Below the pieces are notes generated by a model. The model was not told the origin of the DNA. It did not search any database and saw nothing but the letters and a program-made list of their open reading frames with translations. Both the position numbers and the translations under genes were made by a program. A stretch of 62,618 nucleotides of DNA, the filler included, from Globobulimina sp. (taxonomy: Eukaryota), in assembly GCA_003354225.1 (NCBI GenBank). It is 21 parts of 21 records of this genome, joined end to end, with 100 filler letters (N's around TTAATTAATTAA, not from the genome) between each part and the next. Parts side by side here need not be neighbours in the genome. Positions count along the whole stretch, not along the records: positions 23,913 to 26,798 come from PIVH01004489.1; positions 26,899 to 29,784 come from PIVH01004490.1; positions 29,885 to 32,770 come from PIVH01004491.1; positions 32,871 to 35,756 come from PIVH01004492.1; positions 35,857 to 38,742 come from PIVH01004493.1; 16 more parts are not named here. One strand, given 5' to 3'. Below, piece by piece: positions 23,913 through 37,209 of this stretch (its first letter is position 1; the number at the start of each line of letters is the position of its first letter).

Positions 23913-24779
23913 AAACCCTGGGATTAAAAAAATATGAGCACCAAATAAATTCGGAACGAGAAGTGAAGCTTGTACGATCACACAAAATGATAATAAAGAA
24001 ACATATGCCCAGCCCAGATAATACCAACAACCTCCAAATGATTTTTGTAAAATGCCACTCTTTCTCATATACATAAAGCGTTTCAATGACAATGTATACA
24101 ATGCAAATATCAACATTATAAACGGAATTGAATGCAGATAAATATTCTCAAATGGCGATGTTGCAGTAATTTGACCAAAAAATATAAACGAAAACATTTC
24201 ATACACTGCAGCTGTGGCATAAAAATACCAAAACGTTTTGGATAATTTCTTCTCAGAATACTCATCGTATACGCGGTACAAATCGAACACTTCATACAAT
24301 AACGCATTCATAGTTTGCGGAAACCACAAAGTTGAGCCAAAATAAGTAAATGGAGGATAGTCATAAAATAAACAGATATTATTCCCTCCCCATGTTTCCA
24401 CAAATGGATTGCTTACATAATCAATGTCTGAAAAATTGGTGCTTACCACAATCGCAATAAATGTAAATATAACAAAACCAAAATAAAACCACATTCGAAA
24501 TGCTTCTGGAACTATGACTATGTGCAATACTGCATTATTATTGACATGCTTGGTTTCAAATGTCTTTACTGCACAACATAACATTTTTAATCGCTCACCA
24601 CATGTTGCTGTTGAATTTATTGTCAATAGCTTAGTATCCGCACGAGACAATTCGTCAATTGTTGCATTTTCACTATATATACCCACAGACGGTGTGTCAT
24701 TTTCATTTTCTGCCCCAGACAGCTGCACTGTGAGCTCCACCTGAATTTTTGATTTGTCTTTTTGAAAGGACATGCTCAA
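23913..24779 (-). CDS. Multi-pass membrane protein, 3' partial
   Basis: Long ORF with about six hydrophobic helices; GGNNICLFYDYPP; family not recognised. Confidence 0.7.
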
Positions 24780-25069
24780 ATTATTGTGTAGTCGATTATT
24801 GAGAACAGAACGTGATGGAGCTAGACTAAAAGGTTTTACTTAAATTTTATTTGTTGATTATATTCAAAGCACCATCAAGTGCCCCCAGAGTATGATAATC
24901 AGGGTTATCACCTCAATGACCTCATAAACTGCAACGGACGAAAGTTTAGAATATGAACCTTTCCATAAATAGTCGTTCATTTCCTGGCCTTTTGTGTATA
25001 CCATAATTTCAAATAAAATGCAAAGAGATGATGCAAAATTCAAGGAAACTATAGAATATAACACAAGAT

Positions 25070-25639
25070 TTATCCAAATTCAGTAATATCGAGACGGGAA
25101 CGTGTTTCCGAAAACAAAGTTTTTAACGTCGAGGGGGGCGCGCCCGTTACCGCCAAGATCATATACTTTACCGCCAAGATCATATACTGAATTTGGATAC
25201 AATGTTTTGTCCAAAAAAGAACCTACAGTGATTGGATAAATACATATTATATGTTGATTATTATAATTCCATAGCTTTTGATTTGTTTTATGGGATACAA
25301 AATGTATCAAATCCATCAATTCATTAAATTCATCATATAATCCCAATCAAATAGCATCCATCAAATTACATCCATACTAATTACATGTGATTTGTGTGAG
25401 TGTGATTGGCGTATTCGGATGCATATTATGGGATATTTATATTTTTGTTATTATCCCATAATTCATCACATTTTTATGTTTTGTATAATATTTTATGTTT
25501 TTTGTTTGTGTTTTTGTTTCTATTTTACTGTCACTAGTGGTGGTAAAAGTGTTTTTCGTTTCTATTTTACTGCCACTAGGTCAGTAAACGGGTCAAAAAG
25601 AGTGGAGTAATGTCACTTTTACTGGCCTTTTTTGGATAA
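25070..25639. mobile_element. Putative non-autonomous element (MITE-like), internally deleted copy
   Basis: Begins TTATCCAAA and ends TTTGGATAA. Left part matches 25647-25917 and right part matches about 26466-26675. Confidence 0.5.
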
Positions 25640-25646
25640 TAGTATT

Positions 25647-26675
25647 TTATCCAAATTCAGTAATATCGAGACGGGAACACACGTTACCGTCAAGATCATA
25701 TACTGAATTTGGATACAATGTTTTGTCCAAAAAAGAACTTATAGTGATTGGATAAATACATATTATATGTTGATTATTATAATTCCATAGCTTTTGATTT
25801 GTTTTATGGGATAAAAAATGTATCAAATCCATCAATTCATTAAATTCATCATATAATCCCAATCAAATTGCATCCATCAAATTCCATCCATCAAATTCCA
25901 TCCATACTAATTACATGATATCTTGCAGCTTGTTAGTGAACATGGAATAGTTCAAAAACTAACTAAGTTCAAAAACAGTTTTTTAATTTACATTTCTTTA
26001 ACCATGGATTCAAGTCAAAGTCCAAACCAATCCACCAATTCATCCAATACAACAAACAATTCATGTATGTTCTATTAGTATCCATTTATTATTATTTTTA
26101 TACAGAAAATACCAGGATTAGATATGGCGGGGCATGGTGCGTTATGCTGCTGTTTGTGTGGTTGGGGATGGGATTTGGGTGGATTTGGGTGGATTTAGGT
26201 GGTATTTGGGTGGTTTGGCGCTGGTATTTGGGTGGGCCTGGCATTTGGGTGGATTTAGGTGGGATTTGGGTGGATTTAGTGGTTGCGTTTGTGTGGTTGG
26301 TGCTGGTATTTGGGTGGTTGGGGATGGGATTTGTGGGGATTTAGGTGTGTTTGGGTGGCGTTTCTGTGGTTGTGGCTGGTATTTGTGTGGTTGGGGATGG
26401 GGTTTGTGTGGATTTTGGCTGTTATTTGGGTGGGTTGTGAGTGGTGTTTGTGTGGATTGTGGGTGTGATTTGTGTGAGTGTGATTGGCGTATTCGGATGC
26501 ATATTATGGGATATTTATATTTTTGTTATTATCCCATAATTCATCACATTTTTATGTTTTGTACAATATTTTATGTTTTTTGTTTGTGTTTTTGTTTCTA
26601 TTTTACTGCCACTAGGTCAGTAAACGGGTCAAAAAGAGTGGAGTAATGTCACTTTTACTGGCCTTTTTTGGATAA
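25647..26675. mobile_element. Putative non-autonomous element (MITE-like), longer copy with G/T-rich core
   Basis: Same 9-bp terminal inverted repeats; non-coding; internal G-rich minisatellite. Confidence 0.5.
26150..26470 (+). repeat. G/T-rich degenerate minisatellite (GGATTTGGGT and GTGTGGTTGGGGATGGG units)
   Basis: Direct reading; strong strand asymmetry; 10-nt units argue against coding. Confidence 0.85.
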
Positions 26676-26898
26676 ACAGTAATAACTAATAAAGCTGATC
26701 ACACATTCAAATATGAATACAGTAGTGTTCCCGATAAGAGGTACGCATATTAGTAATAATATATATATATTAGTTACTAATATATTTATATTCTGGAGNN
26801 NNNNNNNNNNNNNNNNNNNNNNNNNNNNNNNNNNNNNNNNNNTTAATTAATTAANNNNNNNNNNNNNNNNNNNNNNNNNNNNNNNNNNNNNNNNNNNN

Positions 26899-28170
26899 CT
26901 GTTTCTGATAATCCATGGAATGCGCAAATATGTATTGGGACTCCTGGAACATTAATACGCCATATTATTAATCCTAAAAAACGGAAACCGTTTCATATTT
27001 TTATGAAGCATTTTAAGGTGTTTTTATGTGTGATATATTGGCTAATTTTTCAGTGTCAGATATTTGTTGAGCATTGATTTCATTTTGTAACATGTTAGAA
27101 AACGTTCTGACGCTGAAAAATTAATTGTGTGTTTTGGGTGTTTTGTTGTTAAGATATTAGTGATTGATGAAGCTGATGAGTTTTTGAAGCAGCAAGCAAT
27201 AAATACAGTGTCTCGCAGAGGTCGGAACAGAAGAAATAACTCTAGTTTTTGTGCATTGTATGATCAGTTAATAACAATTATAACTGATATTAATAAATAT
27301 AAACGAAATTCGAATATTAATGTTCATACATTATTGTTTTCAGCAACTTATCCAATTAAAGTTAAAAAATTAGCCACAGAGATTGCGTCCAATGCCATTG
27401 TTATTAAAGTAGCAAAACAGGAAATTAAATTGCAAAATATTAAAATATTTAAGGTGACAAGGAACTAAATAATGAATTTTAAAACTTCTTTCAACATAAA
27501 ATATCTGTTAATTTGCTATCGCTGTATATATTAACTTGTACATAATATAATTAATAAAAACAAATACGATGGCAATTTAATATGGATTTGATGTGCAAAA
27601 TATGTTGAAGGAAGTTTTGAAATTGATATAAATTCCATTATTCAACATAAGATATTCTGTGACGAAGATGATAAATTTGATATTTTATTAAAGATTGTAT
27701 CATTATCAAACATTGGTCAAATGATAATTTTTATGAATACAGTAGTGGAGGCAAAGAATTTAGTGTCTGATTTGCAACAAGAAAATATTGGAATTGCATG
27801 CAGTGTTTTGTATGGCAAAGGAATGGATGTTTTGTTACGGGATAAAACCATGGATGAATTTCGAAATGGACAGACACAATGTTTAGTTGCGTCAAATTTA
27901 ATTGCTCGCGGTATTGATATTCCTGCTGTTGGTTTGGTTGTTAATTACGAAATATCTCAATATTATGACCCTGAATGTTTTATGCATCGCGTTGGGAGAA
28001 CGGGAAGGTTTGGAACAAAGGGAGTTTGTATTAATTTACTCTCCAAATGTAATAAGACTGCAAACCAAACATTGGATGCGATACAAAATGAATACTCATT
28101 AAATATTGTTGAATTAAACGATGATAATGATTCTATTAAGGAATCGATAGCAAAATGGTTAAATCAATGA
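26899..28170 (+). CDS. DEAD-box RNA helicase, Dbp5/DDX19-like, multi-exon, 5' partial
   Basis: IGTPG, VIDEAD, LLFSAT, IIFMNT, ARGID and HRVGRTGRFG across ORFs separated by AT-rich introns. Confidence 0.85.
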
Positions 28171-28282
28171 ACACTTTGATATTATTAATTTGTATATAAA
28201 AAATATAAAATGCTTGATCTGAAATCGTATGATGTTTTCCCACCAAAAACCATATGCATGCAGTTGCTAACTCAATAGAGTA

Positions 28283-29784
28283 ATGGCCGCACAGTTTGCA
28301 AAGACATCATCAACGGGCGAGAAAGGTACCGGTATTGATGGTTTAGATATAAATGCCTGGCTCACTCAAAATCGATTAACTAAATTAAAGCAATATTTTG
28401 AAGACAATGAAGTGATTCTTTCTGATTTGCTCAAATATCAGGAAGGAGATATGAAGTTAAATCTACATTGATGTGATTATATAAATGAAAAATACTAAAT
28501 ATTTCCAAAAAAGCGTTGTCTTAAATGATGTAAATATCACTGCGGGAGCGTACGTCAAACGATTCAAAGATTCTGTGCGTGAATTACAACATATTCATAA
28601 TAAAACAATTTTAAGTCCGCCATCGCAAAGTAATTTGAATAAAGTATATCGAATTGTGACTTCCATGAAAGAGGATCAATGTATGTTGTTATTGGAGCGT
28701 AAACTCAATGAAATTGATGTTGCATTAAAAAATAACATAAATATAACAAGTAAATTAAGGGAAAATACCAAGAAAATCGAAAACGATATAAATTTAGCAT
28801 TTAATTTGTATAAAAATAAATTAACGGAAAGGCAGAAATTAATGGTTAATAAATTGAATGAAGAGGCAAATAAACAATTGAATACATTGCAAACTCAGAA
28901 ACGTAATTTTTCCAAATATAAAGTATCGATTGAAACAGCTCAGAAAGCACAGAATTCATTGGTTTTGGATCCGCAGTTTGATAGAGCCAAAAGGCAGAGT
29001 AAAATTGAAGAAATGACAAATAATGTCACAAATTCAATAAATGAAAATGAGATGAAAACAGTGATACATCCACTTACATTTACTGCTGATAATAATGCTA
29101 TGATTCAGGTATTGTTAATGTGTTACTATTGCATTTGTTGTGTGCGCCATAATATCACATAACTGTTCACAATGAATGTAGTGTATAGCGTCCATTGGAG
29201 CAATAAATATGGAGCCAGATATTTCGGCCATTGCAACTCCAATGTTATTGACATTAAGCAATAATAAGCAAAGTGGCGCTGTCATGATTAAATGGGATAT
29301 TTTGAGAAGAAATAAAAATAAAAATGAGAAAATAAAAATTGAGTGGATATTAAAACATGATATCGATGAAAAAAAAGAAGAAAAAGTAGATTTGGATGAA
29401 AAAGTGATGGCGTTGGATGAGAATATCAAGAATGAAACAACAATCACCGTCAAACAAGTTGGCATATATGAGTTTCAATTGTCTTATAATAATGGCGTAC
29501 AAAGGCAATATTCTCCAAAATCAAATATCAAATCAATATCAATTGTTAAAGTGGCGCCAGATTTAATAATTAAAGCCAATGAAACAAAAATATTGGAATC
29601 AGATATCATTCATAAATTTGATAAAATAATAATTGAATCAAATGGTACATTAACAACAAAGGAATGGAATGGAAATAGCGGCGGCAACTTAGTATTACAA
29701 ACATATGCAATAATAATTAAATCAAATGCAAAAATTGAGGTTGATGGTAAAGGATATAAAGGCGGAAAAGCAAAGAATAAAGAA
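28283..29784 (+). CDS. SAM-like + coiled-coil + beta-rich multidomain protein, multi-exon, 3' partial
   Basis: WLTQNRLTKLKQYFEDNEV (SAM-like), a long heptad region, and a beta-rich part ending GGNLVL...IEVDGKGYKGG; short introns link three ORFs. Confidence 0.6.
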
Positions 29785-30012
29785 NNNNNNNNNNNNNNNN
29801 NNNNNNNNNNNNNNNNNNNNNNNNNNNNTTAATTAATTAANNNNNNNNNNNNNNNNNNNNNNNNNNNNNNNNNNNNNNNNNNNNGTGTTTTCCGTTGAAA
29901 GTTCTAGTGGTTTTATTTGAGAGCCATTATTGGACATTCTGAAGTCTGAACGAGCAAAAAACTAAAAAGTTTTTATAGTAAAGGTTAATCTCAGAGGAAA
30001 CAAAGGGAAAAC

Positions 30013-32642
30013 ATGTCATCAGATAATAACGAGCAAAATAGTGATGAAAAAAATGAAATTAATTACGATGACAATACTGAAAATACTGCAGTATATGAAG
30101 TTGGTGAGGATGAATCAGCAGAAATTGAAATTGATGATATTATAAATTTAATTAAACAGGAAGACACTGCAAATAATCAACAAAACGACAATGATGATCC
30201 AATAAATGCCGTCCAATTGGATGTTGTGGAAATAGAAACAGAAGATGTTGAAAATAATCACATATCAGAAGTTGTTGAAGATGAATATGCTGAGATTGAA
30301 ATCAGTCAACAACCAAACGACAAAGAAGATGAAATAATACCTGACAATAATACAAATGCTGTCCAATCAGATGTTGTGGAAATAGAAACAGAAGATGTTA
30401 AACAAAATGATAGCAATAATGTTGAGATTGAAATGCGTCCACAAGTTGTTGAGGATGAATACGCTGCGATTGAAATTAGTCAACAACATGATGAGAGTCA
30501 TGAGACTGTAATCAGTCAACAACCGAACGACAAAGAAGATGAAATAATACCTGACCGTACAAATGATGTCCAATTGGATGTTATGGAAATGCAAACAGAA
30601 GATGCTAAACAAAATGATAGCGATAATGAAAATATTCCCATATTAGAAATTGTCGAGGATGAATATGCAGAAATTGAAATTGATGATATTAAACAAGATG
30701 ATGCTGCAATTAATCAACAACAATATGATCGCGACAAAGAAGATAATTCAAATGATGTCCAATTACTTACTTACATACTTAACACAGAAGTGAGTCAACA
30801 AACATCTGTTTCAAATAACACACAGAACAATGATAATGTTGTCATGGAAAGTCATTTAAAAGAGTACAGTTTGGATTTTTGGTTTGTAACATTTATTACC
30901 TTATTAACAACATCAATTGGTTTATTTATTTATATATTTACGGATTTGTGGTGGATTATTTTAATGTTTGCTTGTTTTGGATTGACCATATCGTCAATGA
31001 TTGAATATTATAAATATTACAAATTGAAAGACACAAAGACAAACTATGCAATAGAAATGGATGTTGATCGCAATAATCCAAACTTGCCAGTGAATGAATG
31101 GACGGAAAGCAAAGAATATGATGGTATTTATGTAGAAACCAATTTTGATAATTCATTTATGGAAACAGTGGCGGACAGCGATGGTAAAAGGGGCAAAAAA
31201 ACACTAAAAAGGAAAGTATGTGTAACTGGTTCGAGCCGAGTCTATCATAAAAAAGGAAGCGGTGTGTTGATGATTGAAAAACGCGCTTTATACACATTTG
31301 AAGACTATAAAGGATATGAGATTTCCGGTGGTTTGTCAAGTTTTGGCGGCTTTTTAATAACAATTATTGTACAACTTTGTAAAATTGGCGTCGATGCAGC
31401 AAGTAATACTAAAGTTGATTGGGCATTGAATATATTTATATTATCATTTATAACATTTGCTTTATTATGTTTCGGCTGCATAATTGAAATCGAATTAAGA
31501 AAAGCAAATGTAATTCCGCCCAATAAAAAAATATTTTTAGCTGCAACCAGTATTGCTTTGCATGAAATAAAGTCGTTGGACAGACATTCAACCACAAATT
31601 ATCAAAATGTGTCCTCTGACTTGGATAAAGCGAGTGTTTCATTGACATTGGAATTGCATGGTTTCAATGTTTATTGGGAATTTATAAATTAATACGATGG
31701 ATTTTTGTTGCATTATATATCAACACACCTTTTGTAATGTTGATATTAGTATTTATTACATTTGCTTTATTATTTGATCTAAGTGCAAATAAATCAAATT
31801 CTGCAATTTCAAACGAAACATTAATCATTTCGATATTTTTATGGATCTCAGTGTTAATTGGCTTATTTGCAATATATTATACATCGCAAGGATGTGAACC
31901 TTTTGCATTGAATAAAGTTTATAAAAGGTTAAGTACACAAAATAGAATTGAAGTATCGAAACAAAAATGTTTATGGATTTTATTGTTAATTGCAACCATT
32001 TTATTATTTTTAGCTGCCACCATGATCACTGCTGTCGATGACGAGATGTACATAGTATGTGTATATATAAAAAAATGCTGCTCCAACAACTAACATTTGA
32101 TTTATTTTTAGCGTAAACCTGATACAAATGGCGTCCAATCAAGTTTGAGAATATGGGATCAAATGTATTGTCTTTCACCATCATCTTCATCGCCACCAAC
32201 ATCGCAACCAACATTGCCACCAACATCGCAACCAACATTGCCACCAACTGTATTTAATGCGACCCAAACAGATATGGATGAAGATGAGACTGATCCATTC
32301 TGTGTCGGTGGAAGAGAGATTACGATCAATTTTGCATTATATTTTGTATGGATTTCATGGTATTTACTATTAATTGCTACATATTATTGGAGAAAATATG
32401 ATCGTGGAATATTTAAATTTGATATTGAAAATAATTCGAAAATGAAAAGAGTTTGGAAAAGATATAGTGTCATAAATCTTGGATTAAAAACTCGTAAAAA
32501 ATCCTCACATTTTTCGTCAATATTTGGTGGATCAAAAGAAACCGTAATAAATATTGAATTGGATCCAAATGAAGCAACAAAATTACATTCATATTTGAAT
32601 AGCATTGTTCCATGTTTTAAAATTGACTTTAAAAGTGAATAA
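30013..32642 (+). CDS. Membrane protein with long acidic repetitive N-terminus (probably one multi-exon gene)
   Basis: Repeats VQLDVVEIETED, VVEDEYAEIEI and ISQQPNDKEDEIIPD; several TM helices; PPTSQPTL repeat at about 32190-32250. Confidence 0.6.
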
Positions 32643-32870
32643 ATTTTGGATTTGTTGTGATCCTTGTTATTCCTCAATATCATAATTACCTTTTATTATA
32701 CCTTTTTTCTATTATTATATTCTATTATTATATTAATTTATTATCCTTTCCTCTTCTTTCTAATTCTCCTNNNNNNNNNNNNNNNNNNNNNNNNNNNNNN
32801 NNNNNNNNNNNNNNTTAATTAATTAANNNNNNNNNNNNNNNNNNNNNNNNNNNNNNNNNNNNNNNNNNNN

Positions 32871-33249
32871 AGTGCTCCATTCGTAGGGAACACAGCCAAT
32901 GGAATGCTTTAACAAATAACAAGGCCACGAATAGCATTATTACCGTCTTATTCAATTCATTGCGGAATGAAGTCAATGCAATGCAGATTTCAGTGATTGA
33001 ATATTTCGATCGTAACATTATTTCATTTGTTTCGTCATCGCCCATTTCACGAAAAAATATGCGTATTATAATATTTGCGATTGTTAAAGCAAAACAAAAA
33101 CCAAAGTTTCCTAATGATAGTATACATAATTTATTATTTGTTAAATACACAACTGTCGGATAAAATTGTTCATGAATTGAGTATGAATGATATATTGATG
33201 CAACAGCTAACAAGGTTGAGACAGAAAAATACGTCACCAGCGACACCAT
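32871..33249 (-). CDS. HRD1: ERAD E3 ligase Hrd1/synoviolin, N-terminal TM part
   Basis: QFYPTVVYL, IFF, TEICIALTSFRNE and LLFVKAFHWL..RME. Confidence 0.88.
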
Positions 33250-33918
33250 GGTATTAAAGTGATGACTAGCTCACTTCAAAAAAAACTTAATATCAAATGT
33301 CTTCTTCTTCTTCAAATACTAAGAAATCAATTATTGATAACGATATTTAATATGCCAATATTTCTAAACATTTGTCGTATGAGGTGAGAAACTTGATATT
33401 ATAACGATACTTTTTTGGAAGGAAAATAGGTGAACTAGCTTTTGGTGGAAATATTTCAATGGATCGTGGTGGAATAATGTGCCAACACATACACCCTCTA
33501 AATACAAAATTTAAATTGCATTACAAAACAAACAAAAAACATCACATTGCTAAAATATCAAAAATAAAGAAAGATAGAATGCAAAAACAAAATAAAAACA
33601 ATACATAAAATATGAATTCTAATTAAAAAAATCCACAATTATGTTACAAGAAAAAAATATTTTGACATAAGAGAATATAATTTTTCTTTCATTTTAATAC
33701 AATTCAATCAATGAATTAAAAATAAAATCAAATCAAAAATTATCGTATCAAAATAAGAAAAGAAAATGGATGAAATATAAAATATAAGTAAGTATAACTA
33801 TTATTTATTTATTAGTATATAAAGTATAAAGAGAGTAAATAAGTAATATCCACCACGCAAACAAGAGATAGTAATAAGAGTTTTTTTTAATTTAATTTGC
33901 AATTTCTTTTTGTTACAA

Positions 33919-35756
33919 TTACCATGAATCGCTGATTTTATTTTTATTCGACCATTGCTGCTGTTGCTGTGGTTGTGGTTGTTGCTGTTGCTGCTGTTGC
34001 TGCTCATTATTATTCTGATTCTGATTCTGATTCTGATTCGGATTGCCATAGTTGTTATTATTCTGATTCTGATTATTATTATTATGACTGTACGTATTTC
34101 GTTTATATCCGCCGCCAGTTCGACCATGACGGAAATCGCGGGCACCAAATTTTTTATTACTGTTATAAGAAGAGTTGGAATAGGAATTATTGTATTTATT
34201 TTTCGAATAAGACGAGTATTTATTTTGTGAAAATGAGTAAGAGGAGAACTTATAATATAAGTCGGCGAACCATTGCGGTATTTCAGATTTGGACTCTTTC
34301 AACAAACTCATCAGCGGTTTGATCACCGGCTTATTGGACTCATTTACAAAAGAAATGGCATTCCCATTGTTGCCACAACGCCCGGTACGACCAATGCGAT
34401 GCACATAAGCATCGATATTGTTTGGCAAATCATAATTTATCACAAATAAAACATTTGGAATATCCAAACCGCGCGAAGCCACGTCGGTGGCCACCAACAA
34501 CGACACCTTTCCCATACGGAACATTTTGAGGGCGTGTTCTCGCTCTCTCTGCGACCGATCTCCGTGAATCGACATTGCGTCGTAGCCAGAACGAATCAAC
34601 TCCTTTTCGACGCGGGCCGCGTCCTTCTTCTTTTCCACGAAGACCAAGGTCAACGGCAAGGTATTTTGCTCGGTTTTGCTCATTTGGTTCACCGTCTCGA
34701 TCAATTTCATGGTTTTGTCGTATTCTTCCACAAATTTCAATTTCTGATCAATGAATGTATTCGTCGAACCGACGCGACCCACCGCAATAAATATATAATC
34801 ACTTAAAAAATCTTGAGCTAATTTCTGAATTTCCTGCGGAAAGGTCGCCGAAAACATTAATGTTTGTCGATGAATGTTATTATTATTGTTGTTGTTGGAA
34901 TCTTTGCTTTTTGGAGGCATTTCTTTTATAATTTGTTGGATTTGAGGCATAAATCCCATATCAAGCATTCGATCCGCTTCATCCAATACATTATACTGCA
35001 CCGCACTCATTCGCACAAAGCCCCGCTCCATGAAATCATTCAAGCGGCCCGGTGTAGCCACGATGATATCGACGCCATATCGCAGATCTCGGGCTTGTTT
35101 GCGCCAATCGGCGCCGCCATAAACGACACACGTTCGCAGGCCGGTGCGGTACAGGAACTTTCTGGCTTGCACATGAATTTGGATCGCCAGCTCCCGCGTT
35201 GGCGACAGGACCACCGCCGACGGGTAAACCTGGCGATTATTGTAGCCGCCGCCGGAATAGATGCGCCGATTGTTGTTGCCCGCTGCGGCGTAGATGTTGT
35301 GGATAATTGGCAATAAGAAGGCGGCCGTCTTGCCACTCCCAGTCTGCGCACAAGCCATTATGTCACGGTTCTGGATAACGCACGGAATGGAATATTTTTG
35401 TATCGGTGTTGGCACCGTATATTTACATAAAAGTATATTTTCTATGATCACCGGGCTTAGCTCCGATTTACTAAAATCATTACAGGCTTCGGGGGCATCT
35501 CTGCCTGACACTTCAACCGGAATTTTATCATAATTCTTGAAATTTATTCCTTGCGCAATTGTATTGTTAGTATCATCTCCAAATAATTCGCGTTCTAAGG
35601 CAATATTCCTATCAGTCGAGGCTGCGTTGGATGAATATCGGTCGGTGTATGTTGTATAATTATTATTGTTGTTATTATTACGCACATCGCCACCTCCGCC
35701 TCTTCCGCCTCTCCCACCTCTTCCACCTCGAGGCCGCGAAAATCGATTCTTTTCAT
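33919..35756 (-). CDS. DDX3: DEAD-box RNA helicase DDX3/Ded1, 5' partial
   Basis: GINFKNYDKIPVE, MACAQTGSGKTAAF, PTRELA, LDEADRMLDMGF, HGDRSQRERE, YVHRIGRTGR and FGARDFR. The frame stays open through RGG repeats to the contig edge. Confidence 0.96.
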
Positions 35757-35856
35757 NNNNNNNNNNNNNNNNNNNNNNNNNNNNNNNNNNNNNNNNNNNN
35801 TTAATTAATTAANNNNNNNNNNNNNNNNNNNNNNNNNNNNNNNNNNNNNNNNNNNN

Positions 35857-37018
35857 CAAGATGCCTTACTCGCACAGCAATTAGCCCAACAGCAGCCGCA
35901 GCCATCCGCAGCATCACAACAACCATTTATCAGAGCACCAGATTCTGCGTATCAAGAAAGATTGGTTGGACCATATACGAATCAGTACGGATCATCACTT
36001 CACAAACAACGACGCGATGCTCAACAGTTAATTGTTAATTATCTGTTTGCGATTTAGCGATCCTTGCACCTCCAATTTAATTAGGAATTTTGCAAGAGAT
36101 TGGCAGAAAGGACCACGAAATGATAAATCAAGTTTTTTAGGAGCATTATTTAGCGATCCATCATTTAAATTTGTAGGCAGCTTAGAAGAGGCCAAAAAGA
36201 AAGGTTGTTTGGAGAATAAATGGGTTTTGATAAATATTCAAGACACAGAGAATTTTTGTTCGCATTGTTTAAATCGAGATATATGGAAAGATAAAGAATT
36301 GGGACCGGTGGTTTGCGAATCATTTATATTTTACCAATGGATGAAGAGAACGGATAACGCCAAGCGAGTCATCAATTTGTACCATCCCTATAAGTTTCCA
36401 TGTATATTTATCATTGACCCTGATACCGGAAGGAAAGAGTACGAATTTATTGTTCCTGACTCGCCCGACAAAATCAATACGTTAAAACCAAAATTACTCG
36501 AATTTTTAGACGATTGTCCAAATCCAAAGGCAAAGCCTAAAGGAAACATGAAACTGAAACAGAAACAGAAACAACCAAATATGACACAAGCACCACAGCA
36601 AAATATGAGCAATGATGAGAAATTGTTGCAACAGGCAATACAGGAAAGTTTACAGCAATCAAAAAAAGCACAAGAGGCCCAACAAGAAGAAGAAGAGGAA
36701 AAGGAACAAGAATTGGAAGAGTTGGAGGAGAAAATAGAAATAAAAGAGGTGAGAGAGCAACTTGAGCCGCAGCCAGATATCAATGATTCGAATGCCACAG
36801 CAATACGGATTCGAATGCCGAATGGTTCTATTTTACAACGATTATTTAAGAAAGATGCAAAAGTAAATCAATTATATATTTGGTGCACATTGAGTTTAAA
36901 TGGGCAAAAAATATCATTGATTCAAACAATGCCACGATTAAAATTAGATGATGTTAGAAATAAAACATTAAATGAATTGGGACTAATTAGAGCTACACTC
37001 GTTTGCTCCTATCATTGA
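35857..37018 (+). CDS. UBXN7: UBX domain protein (UAS + UIM + UBX), UBXN7/Ubx5-like, 5' partial
   Basis: KWVLINIQ..FCSHCLNRDIW (UAS), DEKLLQQAIQESL (UIM) and IRIRMPNGSILQRLF...TLNELGL (UBX). Confidence 0.85.
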
Positions 37019-37209
37019 TTGCTTGCTTTGATTGATTGATTGATTGATTTACATATTTATTTTTTGTTTTCATACAAGTTCGAAAAGCCATGGCCTTTTT
37101 TAATCAGTGATGCGATCAACGTAGTGTTAGTTTAGGAGCAGCTAAGGAAAATGACGACTAATACCAACTGATTCTGAAAACTGTATGTTACTTTTTCGGT
37201 AATGTAAGA

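Noticed and set aside
25080-25862. Duplicated small ORFs MGLYDEFNELMDLIHF...
   Set aside because: They lie in the repeated non-coding element, have non-ATG starts and diverge by frameshift; no protein motif.
26063-26646. Trp/Gly/Val-rich ORFs of 61-170 aa
   Set aside because: Translations of the G/T minisatellite; 10-nt repeat units, open in several frames only because the sequence lacks A.
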